In this document: piece after piece, positions 30,785 to 41,041 of the stretch | How the letters are laid out: the number at the start of each line of letters is the position of its first letter | Numbering within the stretch: the stretch's first letter is position 1 | Origin: an uncultured Candidatus Rokubacteria bacterium | GTDB lineage: Bacteria > Methylomirabilota > Methylomirabilia > Rokubacteriales > DASRDR01 | Length of the DNA: 64,000 nt | Reading direction: 5' to 3' | Assembly (NCBI GenBank): GCA_963826115.1 | Contig: CAWGVS010000004.1 | Location: forward strand, 1-64,000 | Program-made: the position numbers and the translations under genes | The notes under the pieces: model-generated | The model's input: the letters and a program-made list of their open reading frames with translations, nothing else | Told to the model about the DNA's origin: nothing | Database searches by the model: none

Positions 30785-31999
30785 ATGATGCGACGTGGAG
30801 TTATCGCAACGCTGGCCGTGCTACTGGCGGTGGGCCTGCTCGTGGTCCTGCCGGGCGGCGGGTCAGCGCAGATGAAGATGGCCAAGATCGGCATGTCCTT
30901 CCCGCTCACCGGGGCGGACGCCGACTCGGCCGATTCCATCACCAAGGGCGCCCAGCTGGCGGTCGACGAGATCAACGCCAAGGGCGGCGTGGCCGGTTAC
31001 AAGCTCGAGGCCGTGATCTACGACAGCGCCACCCCGGCGGCCGGTCAGTACGACCCGGCGCAGGCGGCGACCAACATCCGGAAGTTCATCGCCGACTCCG
31101 CGGTCGTGGCCCTCATCGGGCCGCAGATGAGCGGCGAGGGCAAGGCGACCTCCCCGATCCTGTCCGAGGCCGACCTGCCCACGATCACGCCGAGCTCGAC
31201 GAATCCCGACATCACGGACCCGAAGTTCCAGGCCCAGTACCGGCCCAAGGGCAAGGCGATCTACTTCCGGACGGTGACGACGGACGCCTACCAGGGCCCG
31301 AACATGGCCAACCACGCCTTCCACAACCTGAAGGTCAAGAAGATCTACATCCTGGACGACAGCGGGGCCTTCGGCGTGGGGATCGCGGACAGCTTCGAGC
31401 GGCGCGCCAAGGAGCTCAAGATCGAGGTCCTGGGCCGTGACCGCCTCGATCCGAAGGAAGCCGACTACAAGACCATCCTGACCAAGATCAAGGGCCTGAA
31501 CCCGGACGCGATCTACTACGGCGGCGTGCAGCAGGCGGCCGTGAAGCTCGCCCGGCAGCTCCAGGAGGTCATGCCGAAGATCCACAAGCTCGGATCCGAC
31601 GGCATCTACGACCTCGCCTTCCCGGAGCAGTCGAGCAAGGAGGCCGCCGAGGGCTGGTGGGCGACGAACGCCTCGCCGGACATGCTTTCCGACAAGAAGG
31701 CGACCGAGTGGATCAACTCCTACAAGTCGAAGTTCAAGCGGGAGCCGACCAACTACTCGATCACGGCGTACAACGGCGTGAAGGTCATCGCCGACGCCAT
31801 CGAGCGGACCGTCAAGGCCAACAAGCCGGTCAACCGCTCGAACATCCGTGATGCCATCCAGGCCGCGCACCTGAAGGGCACCCTCCAGGGTGACATCGCC
31901 TTCGACGCGAACGGCGACATCCTGAGCAAGGTGGTCTCGCTCTACCAGGTCGACAAGGACGGCAAGTTCGTCTACAAGGGCGTCGCGCCCGAGAAGTAA
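30785..31999 (+). CDS. livK: Branched-chain amino acid ABC substrate-binding protein
   Basis: GGAGG RBS, signal peptide, PLTG, AVDEINAKGG, TPSSTNP, AYNGV. Confidence 0.88.
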   Translation: MMRRGVIATLAVLLAVGLLVVLPGGGSAQMKMAKIGMSFPLTGADADSADSITKGAQLAVDEINAKGGVAGYKLEAVIYDSATPAAGQYDPAQAATNIRKFIADSAVVALIGPQMSGEGKATSPILSEADLPTITPSSTNPDITDPKFQAQYRPKGKAIYFRTVTTDAYQGPNMANHAFHNLKVKKIYILDDSGAFGVGIADSFERRAKELKIEVLGRDRLDPKEADYKTILTKIKGLNPDAIYYGGVQQAAVKLARQLQEVMPKIHKLGSDGIYDLAFPEQSSKEAAEGWWATNASPDMLSDKKATEWINSYKSKFKREPTNYSITAYNGVKVIADAIERTVKANKPVNRSNIRDAIQAAHLKGTLQGDIAFDANGDILSKVVSLYQVDKDGKFVYKGVAPEK

Positions 32000-32014
32000 G
32001 CGGCGGAAGCCAGG

Positions 32015-32046
32015 CCGGGCGGGGCCCAAACCCCGCCCGGTCTTCT
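32015..32046 (+). terminator. GC hairpin after SBP gene (terminator or mRNA stabiliser)
   Basis: CCGGGCGGGG-cccaaa-CCCCGCCCGG followed by TCTTCT. Confidence 0.55.
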
Positions 32047-32072
32047 GCCCCCACCTTCCCATCCATTAATTA

Positions 32073-33002
32073 ATGAGCGTCGGCGAGATCCTGCTGCAGC
32101 AGGTCGTCAACGGCCTGGCCCTGGGCATGATGTACGCCCTGCTGGCCCTGGGCTTCACGATGGTGTACGGCATCATCGAGCTGATCAACTTCGCCCACTT
32201 CAGCGTCTTCATGAGCGGGACGTTCCTGGGCCTCACGGTGCTCCACCTGCTGGGCTTCACCGGGTCGTCCGCGTCGCTGACCGGTCTCCCGCTGCTCGGC
32301 ACGCTGCTGCTGGTCTTCCCGGTCACGATGCTGCTGACCGGCACTCTCGGCGTCCTGATCGAGCGGATCTGTCTCCGCCCGGTCCGCGGGGTGTCCGGCA
32401 CGGCGCCCATGATCACCACCATCGGCGTGGCGTTCGTCCTGATCAACATCGTCCTGATGATCTGGGGCCCGCAGTCGAAGCCCTTCCCCCGGATCATCCC
32501 GGACCGCCGGTGGGCGTGGGGTCAGGCCGAGGTCTCGCTGGCGCAGGTGTTCCTGGCGATCACCGGCCTCGGCCTGATGCTGGTGCTGAACTACCTGGTG
32601 AAGCGCACCGCCCTCGGCAAGGCGATGCGCGCCACCGCCCAGGACATGGACGCCGCCAAGATGATGGGCGTGGACATCGATCGTGTCATCATCCTCACGT
32701 TCTTCCTGGGCTCGGCGCTGGCGGGGGCGGGAAGTCTCTTCTTCGGCTTCTACTACGGCTTCACCGCGTTCTACATCGGCTACCAGACCGGGCTCCGCGC
32801 GTTCACCTCCGCGGTGCTCGGCGGGATCGGCAACATCCCGGGCGCCGTGGCCGGCGCGCTGATCATCGGGCTCATCCAGGCGCTGGGCGGACAGCTCCTT
32901 GGCGTCAAGTGGACGGACGTCATCATTTTCTCGATCCTGATCACCGTGATGGTCTTCCGGCCGGCCGGCCTCTTCGGCATGTACACCCCCCAGAAGGCCT
33001 GA
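32073..33002 (+). CDS. livH: Branched-chain amino acid ABC permease
   Basis: NGLALGMMYALLALGFTMVYGIIELINFAH, GKAMRATAQD, VLGGIG. Confidence 0.92.
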   Translation: MSVGEILLQQVVNGLALGMMYALLALGFTMVYGIIELINFAHFSVFMSGTFLGLTVLHLLGFTGSSASLTGLPLLGTLLLVFPVTMLLTGTLGVLIERICLRPVRGVSGTAPMITTIGVAFVLINIVLMIWGPQSKPFPRIIPDRRWAWGQAEVSLAQVFLAITGLGLMLVLNYLVKRTALGKAMRATAQDMDAAKMMGVDIDRVIILTFFLGSALAGAGSLFFGFYYGFTAFYIGYQTGLRAFTSAVLGGIGNIPGAVAGALIIGLIQALGGQLLGVKWTDVIIFSILITVMVFRPAGLFGMYTPQKA

Positions 33003-33009
33003 CCCGACC

Positions 33010-35031
33010 GTGAGCGCGCTGACGACCTGGTGGGCCGGCTCGCCCTGGATGGCCCGCTGGCACGCGGTGGCGCCGGCGCGGCGGCGCCAGATCTGGTCGG
33101 TCCTGCTCCTGCTGCTCGGGCTCGCGTACCCGTTCGTGCTGACCGGCGGAGGCTACATCGACGCCGCGGCCAACGCGTACACCTACGTGCTCCTCGCGCT
33201 CGGGCTCAACATCGTCGTCGGCTTCTCGGGGCTCCTCGACCTGGGCTACGCGGCCTTCTTCGCGATCGGCGCCTACACTTACGGCGCGGCCGCGTCCGGG
33301 CACATCAAGATCCCGTGGTCCGACTTCTGGACGCCCTTTCTCTTCCTCGGGCAAGTCTTGCGGGTGCCGGCGGAGGGCGGGACCGATGTCGTCCAGTTCC
33401 AGTTCTCGTTCTGGGTGATGCTGGTCGTGGGCGCGCTCGTGTGCGCCCTCTTCGGGGTGCTGTTCGGCGCGCCGACCCTCCGCCTCCGCGGCGACTATCT
33501 CGCCATCGTGACGCTCGGGTTCGGCGAGATCGTGCCGGTGGTCGCGCGCAACTGGGACTGGTTCACCAACGGGGCCCAGGGCATGGGCGGCATCCGCACG
33601 CCGAAGCTGTTCGGCTTCGACTTCGGGTTCTCGCCGCTCCCGTACTACTTCCTGGGGCTCGCGCTGGTGGCGGGGGCCGTGTTCGTCTCCTTCCGGCTCC
33701 AGGAGTCGCGGGTCGGGCGGGCGTGGATGGCGATCCGCGAGGACGAGCTGGCGGCGGGCGCCATGGGTGTGAACCACGTCCGCTACAAGCTGCTCGCGTT
33801 CGCGCTCGGCGCGTCGATCGCCGGGCTGGCCGGGACCTTCTACGTCGCCAAGCTCACCACCGCCACCCCGGAGATGTTCCAGTTCCCGGTGTCCGTCATG
33901 ATCCTGGTCATGGTCGTGCTCGGCGGCATGGGCTCGGTGCGGGGGGTCGTGCTGGCGGCGCTCCTCCTCGCGTTCCTCCAGTCGGTGATCCTCCAGGAGC
34001 TCACGCTCTGGGTGAATGCCCTCGGCCGGGCCGTCGGGAGCGTCTACCTCCAGAAGGTGCAGCTCATCACCGCGCTCGAGCTGATCTTCGGCCTGATCCT
34101 CGTCCTGATGATGCTGTTCCGGCGAGAGGGGCTCTGGCCGGCCATGCGGCAGGTCTCGGCGCTCACGCGGGACCAGCAGCAAACGGCCCTGCCGAGCCGC
34201 GACGGCAAGGTCGAGCTCTCGTGGGCGACGCCGAGGGCGGCGGGCACCCCGGCCCGGCCGCTGCTCGAGATCGACGGCCTGACCAAGCGGTTCGGCGGCG
34301 TGGCCGCGGCGGACGGCATCACGCTTACCGTGTATGCGGGCGAGCTCGTGAGCGTCATCGGGCCGAACGGGTCCGGCAAGACCACGCTCTTCAACCTGAT
34401 CACCGGGCTCACCGAGCGGGACAGCGGCACGATCCGCCTCGAGGGACAGGAGATCAGCGGGCTGCCGTCGCACGAGATCGTCCAGCGGGGCGTTGCGCGC
34501 ACCTTCCAGAACATCCGGCTCTTCAACAAGCTGAGCGTGCTGGAGAACCTTCTGGTGGGCGAGCACACGCGGCTCCAGGCCGGGGCCATCGGCGCGATCC
34601 TCAGGCCCCCGCGGGTGCGCGAGGAGGAGCGGCGGGCGGTGGAGAGCGCGCTCGAGGTGCTGGGGCTGTTCGGGAACCGCCTGATCCCCCGGCTCGATCA
34701 CCCCGTGTACGGGCTCTCCTACGCGAACCGGCGCCGGACGGAGATCTCGCGGGCCATCATGACCCGCCCGAAGCTCCTCCTGCTCGACGAGCCGGCTGCC
34801 GGCATGAACCCGGCGGAGACGCTCGAGCTGATGGATCTCGTGAAGGCGCTGCGCGGGCTCGGGATCACCGTGATCCTCATCGAGCACAAGCTGGACGTCG
34901 TGATGGACATCTCGGACCGCGTGGTCGTTCTGGACCACGGGGTCAAGATCGCCGAGGGCAAGCCCGTGCAGGTCCGGAACGACGAGAAGGTCATCGAGGC
35001 GTACCTCGGACGCCGGCGGCGTGCGGCATGA
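33010..35031 (+). CDS. livM: Fused LivM permease / LivG ATPase
   Basis: LRLRGDYLAIVTLGFGEI, AIREDELAA, then GPNGSGKTT, ARTFQN, LLLLDEPAAG in one 673-aa ORF. Confidence 0.9.
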   Translation: MSALTTWWAGSPWMARWHAVAPARRRQIWSVLLLLLGLAYPFVLTGGGYIDAAANAYTYVLLALGLNIVVGFSGLLDLGYAAFFAIGAYTYGAAASGHIKIPWSDFWTPFLFLGQVLRVPAEGGTDVVQFQFSFWVMLVVGALVCALFGVLFGAPTLRLRGDYLAIVTLGFGEIVPVVARNWDWFTNGAQGMGGIRTPKLFGFDFGFSPLPYYFLGLALVAGAVFVSFRLQESRVGRAWMAIREDELAAGAMGVNHVRYKLLAFALGASIAGLAGTFYVAKLTTATPEMFQFPVSVMILVMVVLGGMGSVRGVVLAALLLAFLQSVILQELTLWVNALGRAVGSVYLQKVQLITALELIFGLILVLMMLFRREGLWPAMRQVSALTRDQQQTALPSRDGKVELSWATPRAAGTPARPLLEIDGLTKRFGGVAAADGITLTVYAGELVSVIGPNGSGKTTLFNLITGLTERDSGTIRLEGQEISGLPSHEIVQRGVARTFQNIRLFNKLSVLENLLVGEHTRLQAGAIGAILRPPRVREEERRAVESALEVLGLFGNRLIPRLDHPVYGLSYANRRRTEISRAIMTRPKLLLLDEPAAGMNPAETLELMDLVKALRGLGITVILIEHKLDVVMDISDRVVVLDHGVKIAEGKPVQVRNDEKVIEAYLGRRRRAA

Positions 35032-35062
35032 CCGCCCGACGAGGACAGGCGAGGTGAGCGCC

Positions 35063-35785
35063 GTGACGGGCGAGCCGATCCTCCGCTTCACGGACGTGCA
35101 CACGTACTATGGTCCGCTCCACGTGCTCAAGGGCGTGAGCTACGAGATCTACGAGGGTGAGATCGTGTCGCTCCTCGGCGGGAACGCCTCCGGCAAGTCG
35201 ACCACGATGAAGACCGTCCTCGGCCTCGTGCGCCCCAACCCGGGAACCATCACCTTCCGCGGCGAGCCGATCCACGCGCTGCGCACCAGCGAGATCGTCA
35301 AGCGCGGCATCGCGCCGGTGCCCGAGGCGCGCCGGGTGTTCCCGCGGATGACCGTGCTCGAGAACCTCGAGATGGGGCGCTACACGCGCCGCCGCGAGCC
35401 GGGCTGGGAAGCGGAGCTCGACCGGGTCTACGGCCTGTTCCCGATCCTCAAGGAGCGCCGGGGCCAGCTCGCGGGCACGATGTCGGGCGGCGAGCAGCAG
35501 ATGCTCGCGATCGGCCGGGCCCTCATGACGAACCCGAAGCTCCTCTGCATGGACGAGCCCTCCATGGGGCTCTCGCCGGGCTACGTGGAGCAGGTGTTCG
35601 ACATCATCAAGACGATCAACCAGCAGGGGACGACCATCTTCGTCGTCGAGCAGAACGTCAACATGGCGCTGTCCATCGCGAACCGCGGTTACGTCCTCCA
35701 GATGGGCGAGGTCGTGCTGGCCGGGACCGCCAAGGAGCTGCTCGAGAGCCCGCTCATCCAGAAGGCCTACCTGGGCACCGCCTAG
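35063..35785 (+). CDS. livF: Branched-chain amino acid ABC ATPase
   Basis: GGNASGKS, MSGGEQQM, DEPSMGL, VEQN. Confidence 0.92.
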   Translation: MTGEPILRFTDVHTYYGPLHVLKGVSYEIYEGEIVSLLGGNASGKSTTMKTVLGLVRPNPGTITFRGEPIHALRTSEIVKRGIAPVPEARRVFPRMTVLENLEMGRYTRRREPGWEAELDRVYGLFPILKERRGQLAGTMSGGEQQMLAIGRALMTNPKLLCMDEPSMGLSPGYVEQVFDIIKTINQQGTTIFVVEQNVNMALSIANRGYVLQMGEVVLAGTAKELLESPLIQKAYLGTA

Positions 35786-35792
35786 GCTGCGC

Positions 35793-36152
35793 GTGCGGAA
35801 CGGCCTGACGGCCCGGCGCCTCGCGCTCCTCGGGCTCGCGCTCTCGCCCCTGATCCCCTCGGTCGCGCGCGCGTGGCCGGCCATCCAGGACGAGGTCGGT
35901 CGCGTCTTCCTCTGCGACACGCGGCCGGCCGAGCTGGCCGACGGGCGCTGGGCCTGCCGGAGCGCGGGCCTGAACCTCGCGGGCTCGCTGGTGGACGTCG
36001 TGCGCCCCGGCAGCCCGCCGGGCGTCCGCCCGTGGGGCGGGCCGCCCGGCCCGCCCTCGCGCTGGGTGCCGTACCCCTGGGGGCCGCCGCCCCGCGAGCC
36101 GAGCGGCTACGACGCCCTCGACCCGTGGCTCGGCGGCCCGTCGGAGCGCTGA
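35793..36152 (+). CDS. Secreted Pro/Trp-rich hypothetical protein
   Basis: Signal-peptide-like N-terminus; fills the gap after livF. Confidence 0.5.
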   Translation: MRNGLTARRLALLGLALSPLIPSVARAWPAIQDEVGRVFLCDTRPAELADGRWACRSAGLNLAGSLVDVVRPGSPPGVRPWGGPPGPPSRWVPYPWGPPPREPSGYDALDPWLGGPSER

Positions 36153-36370
36153 CGACGGAGTCCCGCCCGCCCCCGCGGTCGTCGGAGCCGTCTCCGGAGG
36201 ACCGCGCGCGCGCCGGGCTCTGCGCGGACTGCCGCTGGGCCCGGCGCGTCCCGAGCGCGCGCGGCTCCGTCTTCTTCCTCTGCCGCCGCGCGGAGACCGA
36301 CCCCGCGTATCTTCGCTATCCACGCCTCCCCCGCCTGGCGTGTCCCGGCTACGAGGGGGGCGGACCGTGA
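36149..36370 (+). CDS. Small 4-Cys protein
   Basis: GLCADC..GSVFFLC..YPRLP..CPGYE pattern; start codon unclear. Confidence 0.6.
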   Translation: MTTESRPPPRSSEPSPEDRARAGLCADCRWARRVPSARGSVFFLCRRAETDPAYLRYPRLPRLACPGYEGGGP

Positions 36371-36563
36371 CTTCCCGACAAGGCGCTCGCCGCCGCGGGC
36401 TATCCGGACGTCAAAGGCAACCCGCGCGGGCCCACTGATCGACACGGACGAGCTCATCGAGGCCAGTGCCCACTTGGCGTGCTTATACGGGCGGGCCTGA
36501 CTCGACTCGAGCGGTGTGCATGGCCGAGACGGGCTGCCGCGCCTGCATCGCCGCCATGCCCTT

Positions 36564-37382
36564 ATGATGAGGGGCGTGCTGCGGCTCGAGCGCGCGGGGT
36601 TGGTCACGGCCTACGCCGTCGAGGGCGCCGGCCCGCCGGTGCTCCTGATCCATGGCGTGGGGGCCCGACTGGACAACTGGGACGGCGTCGTGGCGGCGCT
36701 CGGCGGCCGCTTCACGACGATCCGCTTCGACCTCCGCGGCCACGGCGAGTCCTCGAAGCCGCCAGGCCCGTACTCGGCCGCGCTCTTCGCCGCGGACGCG
36801 CGGGCGCTGCTCGACCACCTCGGCATCGGCCGGTGCCACGTCGCCGGTCACTCGCTGGGCGCCACGGTGGCCCTCCGCCTGGCCCTCGACGCGCCGGACC
36901 GCGTCGAGCGTCTCGCGCTCCTCAGCGCCGTGGCCGGCCGCACCGACGAGGAGCGGCAGCGGGTCATGGAGCGGCTCGCGATCGTCGAGCACGGCATCCC
37001 CGGCGAGCACTTCCGGCGCTCGCTGTCCCGATGGTTCTCGGACGAGTTCCGGCGCGACAACCCGGAGCTGCTCGAGCGCTACGCGGCGCGCAACATGGAG
37101 AACGACCCGCAGGCCTACGCGGCGGCCTATCACGTCCTGGCCACGGCGGACCTGGCGGACGAGGCTCCACGGGTCCGCGTCCCGACGCTCATCGTGACGG
37201 GGGAGGGCGACATCGGCTCGAACCCCCGCATGGCGCGGCTCCTCCACGAGCGCATTCCGGGCTCGGAGCTGGAGATCCTGCCCGGGCTCCGGCATGCCCT
37301 CCTGATCGAAGCGCCGGCGACCGTCGCGTGGCTGCTCGACGCCTTCTTCGCTGGCTCCCCGACCGGTCGCGGGCAGGGTTGA
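36564..37382 (+). CDS. Alpha/beta hydrolase (PcaD-like)
   Basis: LIHGVG, DLRGHGES, GHSLG, GEGD, catalytic His in LRHA. Confidence 0.88.
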   Translation: MMRGVLRLERAGLVTAYAVEGAGPPVLLIHGVGARLDNWDGVVAALGGRFTTIRFDLRGHGESSKPPGPYSAALFAADARALLDHLGIGRCHVAGHSLGATVALRLALDAPDRVERLALLSAVAGRTDEERQRVMERLAIVEHGIPGEHFRRSLSRWFSDEFRRDNPELLERYAARNMENDPQAYAAAYHVLATADLADEAPRVRVPTLIVTGEGDIGSNPRMARLLHERIPGSELEILPGLRHALLIEAPATVAWLLDAFFAGSPTGRGQG

Positions 37383-37561
37383 CGTCACGTGGCGGCTGTC
37401 CTACGGTGCCGACGCGCGAGGCTGAGCGGTGCCCGCCCGTCGCCTCACCGCCGGGCGCCCACACCGGTGGCCCCGTGAGCGCTCGAGGGGGCCCAGGCTG
37501 ACGAGATGCCGGACGAGATGGGCGCGCTCGAGACGCCGGACGGCGAAGGAGGCGGATCACG

Positions 37562-38998
37562 ATGAAGTTCGATTACTTCCTGACTAACATGCGGACGGAT
37601 GCCGCCGAGCCGTTCGAGCAAGTCTACGCCGATGGGCTCGAGCAGCTCGCGCTCTGCGACCAGATGGGGATGAACACCGTCTGGTTTCCGGAGCACCAGT
37701 TCACGAACCAGCTGTGCTCGCCGGCGCCGCTCATCAACGTGGTGGACGCCGCGCACCGGACCCGCCGCGTCCGGCTCGGCACGGCGGTCGTCATCACCCC
37801 GTACTATGACCCGCTGCTCGTGGCGGGACAGGCGGCGCTGGCCGACCAGCTCACGCAAGGGCGGCTGGACGTCGGCTTCGGCCGCGGCGGGTTCAAGTAC
37901 GAGTACGAGCGCCTCGGGATGACGGAGCCGCTGGCCGCCGCGCGCCAGCAGGAGGCCCTCGAGATCATCCTCCGGGCGTGGACGGAGTCGGACTTCGCCT
38001 ATTCGGGCACCCACTTCAAGTTCCCCGAGGTGACGGTCGTCCCGCGCCCGTTCCAGCGGCCGTGCCCGCCCACGTGGATCGCCGCGCGGACGCCGGACAG
38101 CCTCAGGTTCGCGGCCGCCCACGGCATCGGCATCATGATGGCGCCGCAGCGTCAGCCGATCGCCCGCCTCCAGGGGCAGATGCGGCTCCTCGACGCCATC
38201 TGCGAGGACCTGGGCGTGGCCCGGCCGCCGGTCCGCATGACCCGCGAGGTGTGGGTGTCGGACGACCGGGCCGAGATCCGGCGGGTCGCCGAGCTCTTGC
38301 GCGTGCACCACACGCTCCAGTGGAACCTCCACCAGAACGCCGCGCCGACCGTGGATGGCTTCACGGAGGCCACCCCGCTTCCGCAGGGCTACGACATCTC
38401 GCCCGAGGACCTGATCGCGCGGAGCGTGATGGGCGGGCCCGAAGAATGCGTGGAGCGGCTTCGCCAGTACCAGGCCCTGGGCGCCGATGCGTTCATCGCC
38501 AACTTCGACTGGGGCCAGCCGCAGCGGGACGTCCTCCGGTCGATGGAGCTCTTTGCCGAGCGTGTCCTGCCGCACTTCGCCGACGATCGGCCCGCGGTCC
38601 GGCCCGTGCCGGATCCGCACGGTGAATCCCGCACCGCCGTGCGCGAGCCCGTGCTCATCGACGTCGAGGGTCTGGCCGGGGACTGGGTGCACTGGGAGGC
38701 CGACCGGTGGTTCGAGCAGTTCGAGCGCGCGTCCGCCGGCGAGCGCCGGCGAAGCTACGTCTTCGACTTCGCGACCGCCCCCAAGGTACGGGCGCACGCG
38801 GACGGCTCGGTCGACGTGCAGGGGCTCCTGCGCCTCGTGTCGGACGTCGGCTGCCCGGACTGCGGTCGGCCCGTCATCGCGCTGTACCGGCGATGGGAGG
38901 GCGAGGACCGGTCGGCGATCACCCGACAGCTCACCGAGCGCATGCGCGCGCTCCGGTGGCACGAGCGACACACGACCCGACGACCGATGGGACGGTGA
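37562..38998 (+). CDS. Luciferase-like flavin monooxygenase with extra C-terminal domain
   Basis: WFPEHQF, RVRLGTAV, GRLDVGFGRG, PRPFQRP, MELFAERVLP, then about 130 further aa with CPDC. Confidence 0.85.
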   Translation: MKFDYFLTNMRTDAAEPFEQVYADGLEQLALCDQMGMNTVWFPEHQFTNQLCSPAPLINVVDAAHRTRRVRLGTAVVITPYYDPLLVAGQAALADQLTQGRLDVGFGRGGFKYEYERLGMTEPLAAARQQEALEIILRAWTESDFAYSGTHFKFPEVTVVPRPFQRPCPPTWIAARTPDSLRFAAAHGIGIMMAPQRQPIARLQGQMRLLDAICEDLGVARPPVRMTREVWVSDDRAEIRRVAELLRVHHTLQWNLHQNAAPTVDGFTEATPLPQGYDISPEDLIARSVMGGPEECVERLRQYQALGADAFIANFDWGQPQRDVLRSMELFAERVLPHFADDRPAVRPVPDPHGESRTAVREPVLIDVEGLAGDWVHWEADRWFEQFERASAGERRRSYVFDFATAPKVRAHADGSVDVQGLLRLVSDVGCPDCGRPVIALYRRWEGEDRSAITRQLTERMRALRWHERHTTRRPMGR

Positions 38999-39003
38999 CG
39001 ACC

Positions 39004-39393
39004 ATGGCGAGCCTGGAGGAGTATCGCGCGATCGGACAGAAGCTGCGCCAGCGGGTGTTCGGGCCGCCGACGGGCGCGAAGAGCCCGACGCAGGAGCTGG
39101 CGCCCGACCTGGGGCGGATCAGCGACGAGGTCCTGTTCGGCCAGATCTGGAGCCGCCCCGGCCTGGAGGTGCCGCACCGGAGCATGATCACCATCGCGGC
39201 GCTCACGGCGCTCGGCCGGGAGCCGGAGCTCCGCGCGCACATCCGGGGCGGGCTCAACGTCGGGCTCTCGCGCGAGCAGATCGTGGAGATCATCCTGCAG
39301 ATGGCCTTCTACGCCGGCCAGCCGGCGGCCCACGCCGGCTTCCGCGCCGCCAAGGAAGTCTTCGACCAGCTCGACAAGCAGGGAGGGCACTGA
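39004..39393 (+). CDS. Carboxymuconolactone decarboxylase family protein
   Basis: FGQIWSRPGL, RSMITIAAL, ELRAH, FYAGQP. Confidence 0.9.
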   Translation: MASLEEYRAIGQKLRQRVFGPPTGAKSPTQELAPDLGRISDEVLFGQIWSRPGLEVPHRSMITIAALTALGREPELRAHIRGGLNVGLSREQIVEIILQMAFYAGQPAAHAGFRAAKEVFDQLDKQGGH

Positions 39394-39394
39394 C

Positions 39395-40951
39395 ATGCGC
39401 GCGTATCGCGACCAGCGCGTCCGGAGCTTCCGATTCGCCGGCATCGGCGTCTCGATCGCCGTCCTGCTCGCCACCGTCGTCGGACCGGCCGCCGCTCAGA
39501 CGCCCGTGCGTGGCGGCACGCTCCGCATCGGGTGGATCTCGGACGCGAAGATCCTCGACCCGCACTTCTCGGTGCAGTTCTCCGAGCGCTACGCCCTCTA
39601 CATGGTCTTCAACACGCTGGTCGGCCTGGACAGGACCTTCAGCGTCGTCCCCGAGCTCGCGCGCTCGTGGCAGGTCTCACAGGACGGCAAGCGCGTGACG
39701 TTCCAGCTCCAGCACGGGGTGAAGTTCCACGACGGGACCGACTTCACCGCCGACGTCGTCAAGTGGAACATCGAGCGCATCCTGAATCCCGAGAACAAGT
39801 CCCCGCAGCGGAGCCAGCTGGAGCCGGCCGTGGCCGCGGTGACGGTGACGGATCCGTACACCGTCGTCTTCGAGCTGAAGAAGCCGTTCGCCCCGCTGCT
39901 GGCCGCGCTGGCGGAGCGCCCGGGATTCATGGTCTCGCCGACGGCGGTGAAGCAGGCCGGCGCCGACTTCGGCCGGCGCCCGGTCGGGACGGGGCCGTTC
40001 CGCTTCGTCGAGTGGGTGGCCGACTCCCAGCTGACGCTCGAGCGGTTCCCGGACTACTGGGACAAGGGCAAGCCCTACCTCGACCGGGTCGTCTTCCGGA
40101 TCGTCCCGGACCCCACGGTGCGGCTCACCATGGTGCGGACCGGTGAGGTGGACATCGCCACCGACGTGGATGCCAAGGACGTCCCCGCCCTCCAGGGCGA
40201 GGCCGCGCTCCGCGTCTCCGAGATGAAACCCCCGGCGCGGTGGACGGCGCTCCAGTGGCAGGTCGACAAGCCGCCCTTCAGCAACAAGGCCCTCCGCCAG
40301 GCGATCGCGCTCGGCATCGACCGGAACGAGCTCAAGGACGTGCTGCTGAGCGGCTTCGGCGAGCCGGCCCGCGGCCCGGTCGTGCCCGGGCTCTGGTGGT
40401 TCGATCCCGGCTTCAAGGGCTTCGGCCACGACGTCGAGCAGGCCAAGCGGAAGCTCGCCGAGGCGGGCTATCCGAACGGCTTCCGCCACAAGTTCGTCGT
40501 CGAGAACACGCCGCAGTGGATCCGCCAGGCCGAGCTGCTCCAGGGGCAGCTCCAGAAGATCAACGTGACGCTGGAGCTCGAGCCGGTCAACACCGCGGAT
40601 GCGTACGCCCTCATCGTCCAGCGGAAGTCCAACTGGACCCACACCCGCTGGACGCAGCGGGCCGATCCCAGCGGGCTCCTCTCCATCCTGTTCCACAGCA
40701 AGGGATTCGCGAACTCGACCGGCTACAGCAATCCCCGGGTGGACGAGCTGCTCGACCGCGCGGCGGTGATCTACGAGCCGGAGCGCCGGAAGCCCCTCTA
40801 CCAGGAGGCCGAGCGCCTCATCGTGGACGACGTCCCGTACGTGTTCCTCGACTACACGACCGAGTTCGCGGTCATGAGCAAGAAGGTCCAGAACTGGGGG
40901 TGGATCCCCGACCTGATCCCGCGCTTCCGCGAGCTGTGGCTCGAGCGCTGA
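39395..40951 (+). CDS. Peptide/nickel ABC substrate-binding protein (family 5)
   Basis: PELARSW, GVKFHDG..FTADVVK, PVGTGPF, GYSNPRVD. Confidence 0.92.
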   Translation: MRAYRDQRVRSFRFAGIGVSIAVLLATVVGPAAAQTPVRGGTLRIGWISDAKILDPHFSVQFSERYALYMVFNTLVGLDRTFSVVPELARSWQVSQDGKRVTFQLQHGVKFHDGTDFTADVVKWNIERILNPENKSPQRSQLEPAVAAVTVTDPYTVVFELKKPFAPLLAALAERPGFMVSPTAVKQAGADFGRRPVGTGPFRFVEWVADSQLTLERFPDYWDKGKPYLDRVVFRIVPDPTVRLTMVRTGEVDIATDVDAKDVPALQGEAALRVSEMKPPARWTALQWQVDKPPFSNKALRQAIALGIDRNELKDVLLSGFGEPARGPVVPGLWWFDPGFKGFGHDVEQAKRKLAEAGYPNGFRHKFVVENTPQWIRQAELLQGQLQKINVTLELEPVNTADAYALIVQRKSNWTHTRWTQRADPSGLLSILFHSKGFANSTGYSNPRVDELLDRAAVIYEPERRKPLYQEAERLIVDDVPYVFLDYTTEFAVMSKKVQNWGWIPDLIPRFRELWLER

Positions 40952-41041
40952 TCGGCAGCGCGACGCGCCCCAGGCCCCGGGCGCGTCGCGTTTCGGTCGG
41001 ATGAGCGGCACCGGGCCAGGGACGCGCCCCGTCGTCTGACC

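Noticed and set aside
36370-36560. Gene remnant between the small Cys protein and the hydrolase
   Set aside because: Short coding-like patches but no recognisable family or consistent frame
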